Positions 8,331 through 16,465 of a stretch of 32,000 nt of DNA are shown in pieces. Every line of letters begins with the position of its first letter. The stretch's first letter is position 1. The DNA comes from Planctomycetales bacterium (GTDB taxonomy: Bacteria > 4484-113 > JAFGCY01). Both the position numbers and the translations under genes were made by a program. The stretch is taken from NCBI GenBank assembly GCA_022646745.1, contig CP060262.1, positions 1,080,001 to 1,112,000 on the forward strand. Direction: 5' to 3'. The notes beneath the pieces were generated by a model. It was not told where the DNA came from. It worked only from the letters and a program-made list of their open reading frames with translations, and did no database searches.

Positions 8331-10901
8331 ATGAGACATCCTATCGGTAGACCTATAACGGCTATAGTCGCCATCCTCGGCGCCGCGCTGTGTGCCTCCT
8401 GCACGATCGGCGGCTCCGGTGATGCGCAGGACAGCTTCACGCCGACCAGCCAGGGCCAGCTGCTGGCCAGCGGGCCGCAGGATGTGCAGCCCGCACCGGG
8501 CTACCTCGATGGCAGCGTGGTCTGGGAGGAACAATCTGAGCAGGTTGTCAACGTCGGGGTCAACCCGGACCAGCCGCTCAGTGCGCAGGGCATGCGCAGC
8601 GGCTCCTCGGTCGCGACTGTGCCCTGGACCGAACCGCAGGACGGCCCGGGCCACTCCAGCGGGCTGGAGTGCGATGCGCTGGCCACCTACGACTCCGGCA
8701 ACGCCGGCCCGTCCGAGGTGCAGGGACTGACATTCGACCCGAACGGCGGCAGCGCCTGGGCCTGCTTCGAGCTGAAGACCGACAGCAGCCTGCCCACGAG
8801 TGTGGCAATCGCCTGGTACAGCCTGCCGCTGGACTTCGGCAGCTACTACGTCGGCATCGGCGACCGCGCCACCTCGCAGTGGCAGTGGTTCCAGGGCCCG
8901 GATGACGGCGTGCTGAGCTTCGATGCCTCCGGCATGCAGCTCGGTGACAGCGCGCTCGTCGCCATCCTGCTGGAGGGCCAGCAGAAAGCCGACCTCTGGA
9001 AGCTGCGCTGGGGCGTGAGCGAACTGCGCGGCACCGGCCTGCTGGTTGACAGCGAGCCGGCCCGTGGCGCCAGCGCCTGGAGCCCGGGCAAGAGCGCCAG
9101 CTCGACCCTGCCGTCCAGTGTGGACCTGAACCATTACGCCCCCTGGGTGCACAACCAGGGCAGCTTCGGTTCCTGCACCGCCTTTGCGGTAAATGACACC
9201 GGCTTTGGCATCATGCTCTCGCGCACCTATGGCAGCGAGGGCTGGGACAGCACGACCAGCGCCAACAGCACCAGTCCGCTGTGGAGCTACGTCAAGAGCG
9301 GCATGCCGCCGGTTGCCAGCACGACCTTCAACCCATTGTGCGCCGGCTCAAGCGGACGCTACATGAGCGATGCCTTCGAGGTGCTGGAGATGCTAGGCAC
9401 CTCCACCGAGGCATCAGCACCTTACACCACGGCGACGGACTGCAGCCAGGACTTCGGCAGCGAGGCCTACTCCGATGCCGACTACGTGAAGATTGACAGC
9501 TGGTACTGGCTGAACAGCACCGGCCAGCAGCTGGTGACCGACATCAAGAACGTGCTGGCGACCGACACCCCGGTACCGATGGCGACCTACGGGCTGGAGA
9601 CCAGCCTGCTGTACTACAGCGGTGGCGTGTATGAGTTCGGCGGTACCGCCGGTGTCAACGGCGGGCATGCGATGTGCATCGTCGGCTATGACGACAGCCT
9701 GCAGGCCTTTGACATCCGCAACCAGTGGGGCAGCAACTGGGGCGTCGGCGGGCATGTCTGGTTCAGCTACAACAGCGTGGCCCAGATGAGCCAGATCGGC
9801 CGCTTCTACGCCTACTACATGGACGTCAGCTACGACCAGTCGCTGGCCGGGCACTTCCTCGGCGGTGGCAACGGCGGCGAGCCGGAAGACATGGGCGAGC
9901 CGAATGACAGCCAGCCGTCCGCCATGCAGCTGCCGGCCTTCCCGCTCGAGCAGCAGCACAGCCTCGGCTACAACGGCGACGAGCTGGACTGGCTGAAGTT
10001 CAGCTATGCCAGCGGCGACACCACGACATTCAGCTTCACCAGCAACGCATCCCAGCTCGTGCTCGGGGTGGAACTGTACGATGCCAACGGCAACATGCTG
10101 GCTGACAGCTATGACGCCGGCGGCACGCAGACGATCAGCGGCAGCTGGAGCTCCAGCGGCACGGCCTGGCTGAAGGTGCAGCCGACCTACGGCATCGGTG
10201 CCTACACCATCGCCGCGGTGAAGACGAATGTACCGGCCGTCCCGACCGGCCTGGAAGCTGTTGCCAACGACTCCGTCGGCTACGGCATCAACCTCAGCTG
10301 GCAGGCCAGCAGCGGGGCCGAGTCCTACATCGTGCAGCGTGCCAGCGCCGCCAGTGGGCCGTTCACGAACCTCGGCTCCTCCTACTCAACCGAATACTTC
10401 GACTTCAGCGCCCGCGACTGGGGCACCTACTGGTACCGCCTGGTGGCCAGCGGCCCCGGTGGCAACAGCGCCCCGAGCGCGACGGCCAGTGCAGCAGTGG
10501 AGATCCCGCTGGTGCTGAACCTCGCCACCAGCCAGGGCAGCTATTCCGACAAGGTCAGCCTCAGCTGGGATGCGCTGGAAGGCGCCGAGCAGTACCAGCT
10601 TTTCCGTGCCACGAAGGGCAGCGGGATGTTCATGCCGCTCAGGCGCGTGGAAGGCAGCAGCTTCTCCGACACCTCTGCGGTTCCCGGCGCGCACTACCTC
10701 TACCGCGTTGCGGCGATGGCCGGTGGGCATACCGGACCGCGCTGCGAATCCAGGGAAGGCTGGCGCAGCGGCAGCCAGGTGATCGTGCAGGGCGAACTGG
10801 GCCCGAACAGTGATGAGCATGTGGTGCCGAGCGAGGGACTTGACAACTCCGCCGATGGCGACGTCAGCCCCGACGGCGGTGGCCGGGTGCCGATCAAATA
10901 G
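8331..10901 (+). CDS. Secreted papain-family (C1) cysteine peptidase with PPC-like and two FN3-like C-terminal modules
   Basis: ORF 8313..10901. ATG 8331 has GGAAGG 6 nt upstream. Signal-like MRHPIGRPITAIVAILGAALCASC. Catalytic motifs: NQGSFGSCTAFAV (Cys), GGHAMCIVGYDD (His), IRNQWGSNWGVGGHVWFSY (Asn/Trp). Then EPNDSQPSAMQL...DELDWLKFSY (pre-peptidase C-terminal type) and FN3-like INLSWQASSGAESYIVQRA...YWYRLVA and VSLSWDALEGAEQYQLFRA...YLYRVAA. Confidence 0.9.
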   Translation: MRHPIGRPITAIVAILGAALCASCTIGGSGDAQDSFTPTSQGQLLASGPQDVQPAPGYLDGSVVWEEQSEQVVNVGVNPDQPLSAQGMRSGSSVATVPWTEPQDGPGHSSGLECDALATYDSGNAGPSEVQGLTFDPNGGSAWACFELKTDSSLPTSVAIAWYSLPLDFGSYYVGIGDRATSQWQWFQGPDDGVLSFDASGMQLGDSALVAILLEGQQKADLWKLRWGVSELRGTGLLVDSEPARGASAWSPGKSASSTLPSSVDLNHYAPWVHNQGSFGSCTAFAVNDTGFGIMLSRTYGSEGWDSTTSANSTSPLWSYVKSGMPPVASTTFNPLCAGSSGRYMSDAFEVLEMLGTSTEASAPYTTATDCSQDFGSEAYSDADYVKIDSWYWLNSTGQQLVTDIKNVLATDTPVPMATYGLETSLLYYSGGVYEFGGTAGVNGGHAMCIVGYDDSLQAFDIRNQWGSNWGVGGHVWFSYNSVAQMSQIGRFYAYYMDVSYDQSLAGHFLGGGNGGEPEDMGEPNDSQPSAMQLPAFPLEQQHSLGYNGDELDWLKFSYASGDTTTFSFTSNASQLVLGVELYDANGNMLADSYDAGGTQTISGSWSSSGTAWLKVQPTYGIGAYTIAAVKTNVPAVPTGLEAVANDSVGYGINLSWQASSGAESYIVQRASAASGPFTNLGSSYSTEYFDFSARDWGTYWYRLVASGPGGNSAPSATASAAVEIPLVLNLATSQGSYSDKVSLSWDALEGAEQYQLFRATKGSGMFMPLRRVEGSSFSDTSAVPGAHYLYRVAAMAGGHTGPRCESREGWRSGSQVIVQGELGPNSDEHVVPSEGLDNSADGDVSPDGGGRVPIK

Positions 10902-11155
10902 GTATGCGGGACGTGGGATGCGTGATGCGCGGAATCAAGCCCGTCCCCCATCCCTCAATTTCAGCCCGACCCGCTGGCAACGGATGTGCCAGCGCAAGGC
11001 AAGACCAGTGAGCCCTTGGGCGAACTGGAGAATCACATCGGATGAAACCACAATGGCGGCTCCCGCGAGGGGGCCGTCGTTGCGTTTCAAGCACTGCATG
11101 GATTATGCACCTGCCATTACTTGATGGTTGTGCTTCTGCTACCTGCCCACTCCCC

Positions 11156-11176
11156 TGCTTCTCATTCTGCTTCTGC
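11156..11176 (-). repeat. Solo inverted copy of the 24-nt dispersed repeat
   Basis: The reverse complement GCAGAAGCAGAATGAGAAGCA matches copy 1 (1502-1522) at 20/21. It lies in the convergent gap 10902-11211. Confidence 0.75.
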
Positions 11177-11214
11177 CCACTGCCCACTGCCCACTGACTA
11201 CTGACTACTGACTA
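11173..11214 (+). repeat. Heptanucleotide tandem array (CTGCCCA)x3 (CTGACTA)x3
   Basis: Six perfect period-7 units read directly. The last unit contains the TAG stop (11212-11214, minus strand) of the lipoprotein gene. Confidence 0.95.
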
Positions 11215-11721
11215 ACTCTTCCGCACCTTCCGCTCGAAGTCACTCAGCTTGCTGCCATCACTGAATTTGTAGTAGGAAAACAGCGCCTGTACGCCCTTGC
11301 CACCCGGCCCGTAGTTCCAGAACTCCAGTGCGCTGTCCTCAGTCACGCCGACCAGGGCGAAGCTGCTGCCACGCTCCGGCACGACTTCAATCCTGTACCA
11401 GCCCAGGCCCTTGAAACAGGAGACAAAGTTGTCCATTGCCGCCTGGTCCGCGAAGTCAATCGTGTATGTGCGCGCCCCGGTCTCGGCATTGGCCGGGGCA
11501 CTGGCCGGCTGGAAGTCCAGCACCAGCTGCGTGGGTATCAGCTCCTCGCGGCCGGCGATCTCACGCGCAAACTGGATCACGCGCGCCTCATGCTTGCCAA
11601 CCGGGTTCGTTGCACTCTTCGATGACTTGTTGCATGCCGGCAGGGCTGCCAGCATCAGGAGGCACAGCATCAGGCCTGCCAGCATCGACAGGCGGGTGGT
11701 TTTCATTCCCATGTTATCCAT
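11212..11721 (-). CDS. Small lipoprotein, no recognised family
   Basis: 169-aa ORF. MKTTRLSMLAGLMLCLLMLAALPACNKSS is a signal peptide plus lipobox. Three in-frame ATGs (11721, 11712, 11706) cannot be told apart. Confidence 0.75.
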   Translation of the reverse strand: MDNMGMKTTRLSMLAGLMLCLLMLAALPACNKSSKSATNPVGKHEARVIQFAREIAGREELIPTQLVLDFQPASAPANAETGARTYTIDFADQAAMDNFVSCFKGLGWYRIEVVPERGSSFALVGVTEDSALEFWNYGPGGKGVQALFSYYKFSDGSKLSDFERKVRKS

Positions 11722-11813
11722 GCACTGATGCTAGCAGAAATCCATGTCCGGTAACATTTGCCGCCGGCTGCGCATCAGGTAAGTGCGGGATCCAGCTACC
11801 GCAGGGGTGTTGC

Positions 11814-13094
11814 ATGCAAAGCGGGGAGAGACAGCCCATTGGCAGGCAGGGCGATGGCTGGCGCCAGCTGCACCGCTCGCAGCGCCTGGTGCGCATCGCC
11901 ATCATCTTGCTGCCCCTGGTCATGCTGGGCGGCTGGCTTGTGCTGCGTCTAAGCCACGGCCCGACCGTGCAGGCCCTCCAGAGCTTTGAACTGCCGCAGG
12001 ATGATACTCACGCCGTCCACTGCGAAATGTCCGGCTCCGGTCCTGTAATGCTGTACAGGTACTTCGATTCCGTATTCATCTACGATCCGGCCAGCGCCAA
12101 CTGTGCAATCTGTCCCGACTATCCGGATTTCGAATGCTCCATCCCGGCCAGCGTCTCCCCGAGTGGAATGGCCTACATGCTTTCCACGCAGCTGATTGCA
12201 CTGGAGAGTGATGGCACAATCCGCTGGAAGTACTCCGCTGACAACTATGGCTTCCGCGCGGTGGTGGCCACGCCTGAGAGGGTCTATGCCACAGACCATG
12301 ACAACGCCCTGTATGCCTTCGACCACGACGGCCAGCTGCTTTGGAAGTTCGACCAGGGCTGGGAAACCGACTGCGGTGGCTGCACCGGCTGGGAGGATAT
12401 CCCGCTCGCCGTCGGCAGGGACGGCAGCGCGGTCTATGAGACGCGCAGCTACATGGGCGGTTCGGCTCCGCGCATCGTCGCGGTCAGCCCGGATGGGGAG
12501 CTGGCCTGGCGCATCAACTACGGATCCGGCAACACCCCCTCCCTGCTCAGCTCCGGGCTGGTTGGCGACTACGTGCTGACACTGTTTCGCGATCCAGCCA
12601 ACAACTGGAGCGTGACGGCGCGGGACTGGCAGGGCCGGAAGATGTGGGTGGAGCCCAGTGACTTCGTCTACGGCTTCCGCAGCGTACGGCAGCTGGAGGA
12701 CTACACACTGCTCGACACGGAAGAAGGCATCGTCTGCATGGAACATGACGGTACAGTCCGCTGGCAACTGGCTGACCCGCAGAACCGCTTCGGCCTGCCC
12801 TGCGTGCTGCCGGACGGCAGGCTGTTGGCAACGGAGCGTGATTCCAGTTCACTGCTAGACTGGCTTGGGGATTGGCTGCCGGATTACGACATCCGCAACA
12901 GCAGCAGCCTGGGCAGCATCTTCGGCAATGCCAACAGCTACAACCTCGCCGTGCTGAGCAAACAGGGTCGTGTACTGCGACGGCTGCGCCTGCCGCTGGA
13001 GTACCCGGCGACGCCAGTCTACTGCGATGCCCAGGAGCAGGTCGTGGTGGCAAATGGCCGGACGATGCTCGTACTGCGCGCCAGCGAGATCTGA
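11814..13094 (+). CDS. Membrane-anchored PQQ/BamB-like beta-propeller repeat protein
   Basis: ORF 11436..13094, but its first 126 codons overlap the opposite-strand lipoprotein gene and look non-coding. ATG 11814 gives MQSGERQPIGRQ...RLVRIAIILLPLVMLGGWLVL (tail plus one TM). Repeats follow: ESDGTIRWKYSA, ATDHDNALYAFDHDGQLLWKFD, SPDGELAWRINYG, EHDGTVRWQL. Confidence 0.8.
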   Translation: MQSGERQPIGRQGDGWRQLHRSQRLVRIAIILLPLVMLGGWLVLRLSHGPTVQALQSFELPQDDTHAVHCEMSGSGPVMLYRYFDSVFIYDPASANCAICPDYPDFECSIPASVSPSGMAYMLSTQLIALESDGTIRWKYSADNYGFRAVVATPERVYATDHDNALYAFDHDGQLLWKFDQGWETDCGGCTGWEDIPLAVGRDGSAVYETRSYMGGSAPRIVAVSPDGELAWRINYGSGNTPSLLSSGLVGDYVLTLFRDPANNWSVTARDWQGRKMWVEPSDFVYGFRSVRQLEDYTLLDTEEGIVCMEHDGTVRWQLADPQNRFGLPCVLPDGRLLATERDSSSLLDWLGDWLPDYDIRNSSSLGSIFGNANSYNLAVLSKQGRVLRRLRLPLEYPATPVYCDAQEQVVVANGRTMLVLRASEI

Positions 13095-13103
13095 TCGCGA
13101 TTG

Positions 13104-16100
13104 TTAATTGTCCTTCAGCATAAGCCTGATCGGATGTTCGGCGGCCCCGAGCGGGTCCCGGCCAATGCCCATCATGCACAGCCGGCCATCCAGTTCACAC
13201 AGTCCTCGCAGCCTGGTTTGCATCCAGGGGACCTCATAGTCCAGCTGAATTGGCGACCAGCTGAGTCCCGCCGCATCGCCAGCCTCGAACACGGCATTCT
13301 GGCGGCCCATGCTGCCATCGAAACTGGTCAGGCAGATCACAGGCAGCCCATTGACAACCGCATAATCAAGTCCCTCAAACACATAGCCCAGGTCCTCAAG
13401 CACAGTTCCCGCATCCCAGCTGCTTCCCACGGCATCAGTTCCACGCAGCATGTACAGCCTCGTATCCCAGCCGTAATGCTGGAAGCCAGCGGCGAACACC
13501 ACCGGCCTGGAGTCCAGTTCCACAAGCGCCTGCGCGGAGCGGCTGTCATGCAGCACCTGCGCTGCATCCCATGCGCTGCCCGTAGCATCCTGTGCCCTGC
13601 TGTACTGCAATTTCATCGTCCCACTGGATTCATATGTTGAATAGACAATCGCCGGGTGCCCGGCAATCGAAGCGGCATACAGGTAGTCAGCCCGCCGGCC
13701 CGTTGTCATCATGTACTGCCCGGCATTCCAGCTGCTGCCACTGGCATCCGCCGCCCGGTGCATCCAGATTTCGTAGGAGGGGGCATTGTAGTTGCTGCGG
13801 AAAATGCTCGGGATTCCGTCAATCACGGCAAAGCAGGCGGTGTTCACATTGCTGGGCATGGCCAGTTCCAGCTTCTGCTCCCAGGCCTGCCCGCTGGCAT
13901 CAGTTGCCAGCATGAAGTGGATCAGTTCGTCATCCGGGTCATTGCCCCTGGTGCAGACATAGGGCACACCTGCAATGTCACCGGCCCCCAGCAGCCTGCC
14001 GTCATGGTTGACAAGCACCGGATCGGTTACCTGCGGCCCGCCACTCCAGTCCAGCTTGCGAAACAGGATCGAGCCGAGGCCGACCTCTGAGAAGTGGTAG
14101 ACATGCAGTTCGCTGCCTGTGTCATGCAGCAGCCCGCCGGACTCCGAATACATCTCGTCCGGTGAGGGTCCGGAGGGGATGTCACTGTCCAGGTAGTAGT
14201 CATGCCAGCCGTAGTACAGGTCTAGGGACAGCGGGTCAGATTCGTATCCAAGCTCGTCAACCACCACAAGGCGGATTGCCCTGGCCAGGCTGTCCCCCGG
14301 ATCTTCGAAAACGAGCACTGGATCCTTGCCTGCCACGTCCGGATCGTCCTGGCCCAGCCAGGTGTAGTACCAGCGGTACTCGGAGATCCCGCCGTGGATG
14401 CTGGCTGACGCAGAGGCATCAATTGTCACACTGCGGCCCGGCAGGCCGTACTGCTGGTCGATCTGCACACTGGCCTGCGGACGCTGCAGGACGTTGATCG
14501 TAAAGCTGCCATATGTATACTGGTTCAGCACATCCCTCAGCTGCAAGTCGATCTCATAGGTGCCTGGCTCGTCAAAGGAAACGTCGAAGTAATCGCTTGT
14601 CGAGTAATTCTGTGATGCATGGTCCGGTGCCGTCCACTGGTAGCTCAGAGCGCCACCGACCAGCGAATAGCACGAGTTGGCCCTGAATCTGAGCTTCTCA
14701 TCTGTCAGCACTGTTGCCGGCTCCTCGAAGTTCCAGACCAGTACAGGGTGGGGAGCGATGTCCAGCACGAGGCTGTCGGTGTCCGTCGAACCGAGGCTGT
14801 CACTGACTTCAAGCTCGACCAGCTTGGTGCCACCGGTCTCGAATACGTAATCGAATTCCACTTCGCTGTTTGCGAAGTCCTCGTCCACTTCGTCCGAGAA
14901 CGGGTTGTCAACAGACCAGCTGTAATCAAGCGCTGATCCCTCCGGGTCATGGCTGTCACTGCCGCTGAAGCTGATCTGCCAACCTGGTTGTGCCTCCAGT
15001 CTTGAAGCGCTCGCCACCGCGACCGGACGCTGATTGCCTGTCTGCGGAATCTGCGAAACCGTGACTGTCCTGCTGTCCACCGCCACTCCTCCGTATTCAT
15101 CGGATACGGTCAAGGTGCCGGTATAAATGCCGGTTTCCAGGTAGAAACTCTGCACGCTGTTGATTGCCACTGGACTATCGATCAGTGTTGCGTCAGCGCT
15201 GCGCAGCTTGAAGTGCAGCTGCAGGTCCAGGCCCTGTGGGCTGGAGCTTTCCGCAAAGCTGAAGTTCATCACCAGCGGGGAGAAACCCGATTCGTGGCTT
15301 GCCCGCAGGACAGCAGCCGGAGGCTCACCGACGACGAGCCGCTGGCTTGTCCAGTCCACGCCACCGTGGTCATCCGTTACCCTGAGCGAGACCTCGATGT
15401 CCACTGCGCTGTCATAGTAGCCACTCACCTGCTTCAGCTGCGGGCCGCTCAGTTCCAGCTGGCCATCGCCATCCAGGTCCCATTCATAGAGGACTATCTC
15501 TCCCGTTTCATCATTGCTGGCTGACGCGTCAAACGTGATCTTCTGCGGCACGGTGCCCAGCAGGTCATCCACCGTGAAACTGGCAACTGGCGGCGTATTG
15601 CGAAAGTGGCCAGCCAGGTTGCTGGCCGGGCCTTCCTCGTCCTCCGCCACGTTGTAGGTCGTCACGAAGTACTCCGCTGCGCCAAGCACCGGTGCGTAGT
15701 CGACGTACTGCTGGATGCCAAGGCCGGGAGAACTGCCGTCACGTAGTGCCACGCTCAGCGGTGCTTCCGGTGCATTCGGCCAGGGCAGCATTTCCGCTTC
15801 CGCGCCTGGCAGCCGGCGGTATACACGGTAGCCATCGAGACGTTCGCCGTAATGCCTGGCAATCGTTGCCAGGTCCCCCAGCCCGAGCAGGCCATTGTGG
15901 TCACCGTCTATCCGGGCCAGCCTCCAGTTCACCGGATCCGTGCGGAAATCCCCGGCCGGCTGGCGCAGCGGGTCGCCGGCTGTGCTGCCATCGACATATC
16001 CGATCGCCTGCCCGAAGTTGGCTGCCAGCGGCACGAGGTCGGAGCTTTCCACGAGGCCATTGCCATTGTAATCACCCTGCAGGTTGTCAGTCCACTGCAG

Positions 16101-16457
16101 CCTGACCAGGCTCTCGCCATCCACATCAATCTCCTCAGCCCGCAGGCTGAACACGCTGTTCGTGGGGTCGAGTGCGCCACTGCCTGACTGGGCTGCACTG
16201 GCCTGTGCAGCCAGTGTGGCACGCAGCTGGGCCTGCATGCTCCCGAGGAGCTGTTCATACTGCTCGTCGTTCCCGGCCTGCCTGAACCGCTGACCTGCCG
16301 GAATGCTTCCCTGCTCCGGGTCATCCGCAATGAAATTGCCATTTCCACCCGGTGAAGGCAGCTCAGTGTTCGATGCATTGATTCCGCATCCCGCATGGAA
16401 TAGCAGGCATACAGTGACGGACAGGATCAGCAGCGAGGTTCTTTTGATATCTTGCAT
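13104..16457 (-). CDS. Large exported lipoprotein: dockerin-like repeat pair + PKD-like array + Asp-box (BNR-like) C-terminal region; paralogue 1
   Basis: ORF 13104..16478. ATG 16457 (MQDIKRTSLLILSVTVCLLFHAGCG) has AGGA 6 nt upstream and avoids overlapping the upstream gene. Dockerin-like: GDYNGNGLVESSDLVPLAANFG and DGDHNGLLGLGDLATIARHYGE. PKD-like: FDASASNDETGEIVLYEWDLDGDGQLE...LRVTDDHGG, FSGSDSHDPEGSALDYSWSV...LEVSDSLGS. Asp-box-like: ATDASGQAWEQ, AADASGSSWNAG, AQDATGSAWDAA, GTDAVGSSWDAG, AGDAAGLSWSP. Confidence 0.85.
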   Translation of the reverse strand: MQDIKRTSLLILSVTVCLLFHAGCGINASNTELPSPGGNGNFIADDPEQGSIPAGQRFRQAGNDEQYEQLLGSMQAQLRATLAAQASAAQSGSGALDPTNSVFSLRAEEIDVDGESLVRLQWTDNLQGDYNGNGLVESSDLVPLAANFGQAIGYVDGSTAGDPLRQPAGDFRTDPVNWRLARIDGDHNGLLGLGDLATIARHYGERLDGYRVYRRLPGAEAEMLPWPNAPEAPLSVALRDGSSPGLGIQQYVDYAPVLGAAEYFVTTYNVAEDEEGPASNLAGHFRNTPPVASFTVDDLLGTVPQKITFDASASNDETGEIVLYEWDLDGDGQLELSGPQLKQVSGYYDSAVDIEVSLRVTDDHGGVDWTSQRLVVGEPPAAVLRASHESGFSPLVMNFSFAESSSPQGLDLQLHFKLRSADATLIDSPVAINSVQSFYLETGIYTGTLTVSDEYGGVAVDSRTVTVSQIPQTGNQRPVAVASASRLEAQPGWQISFSGSDSHDPEGSALDYSWSVDNPFSDEVDEDFANSEVEFDYVFETGGTKLVELEVSDSLGSTDTDSLVLDIAPHPVLVWNFEEPATVLTDEKLRFRANSCYSLVGGALSYQWTAPDHASQNYSTSDYFDVSFDEPGTYEIDLQLRDVLNQYTYGSFTINVLQRPQASVQIDQQYGLPGRSVTIDASASASIHGGISEYRWYYTWLGQDDPDVAGKDPVLVFEDPGDSLARAIRLVVVDELGYESDPLSLDLYYGWHDYYLDSDIPSGPSPDEMYSESGGLLHDTGSELHVYHFSEVGLGSILFRKLDWSGGPQVTDPVLVNHDGRLLGAGDIAGVPYVCTRGNDPDDELIHFMLATDASGQAWEQKLELAMPSNVNTACFAVIDGIPSIFRSNYNAPSYEIWMHRAADASGSSWNAGQYMMTTGRRADYLYAASIAGHPAIVYSTYESSGTMKLQYSRAQDATGSAWDAAQVLHDSRSAQALVELDSRPVVFAAGFQHYGWDTRLYMLRGTDAVGSSWDAGTVLEDLGYVFEGLDYAVVNGLPVICLTSFDGSMGRQNAVFEAGDAAGLSWSPIQLDYEVPWMQTRLRGLCELDGRLCMMGIGRDPLGAAEHPIRLMLKDN

Positions 16458-16465
16458 GAGTTTTC

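Noticed and set aside
10972-10994. Hairpin CGCTGGCA-ACGGATG-TGCCAGCG, 70 nt after the C1 peptidase stop, as a terminator
   Set aside because: It has a good 8-bp stem, but no T tract follows on either strand (CAAGGCAAG). It is not reported as a feature.
11436-11813. N-terminal 126 codons of ORF 11436..13094
   Set aside because: They overlap the opposite-strand lipoprotein gene, and the translation (PPGPRSQSCMCAPRSRHWPGHWPAG...) looks non-coding. The internal ATG at 11814 gives a sensible cytoplasmic tail plus a TM anchor.
6143-13640. Assorted 100-275-aa ORFs antisense to the surface-protein genes (6143..6838, 7367..8116, 8325..9152, 9414..9959, 11949..12767, 12547..13179, 13101..13640)
   Set aside because: Each lies fully inside a longer opposite-strand gene that has recognisable domains. 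None has a motif, a signal or a plausible ribosome-binding site.
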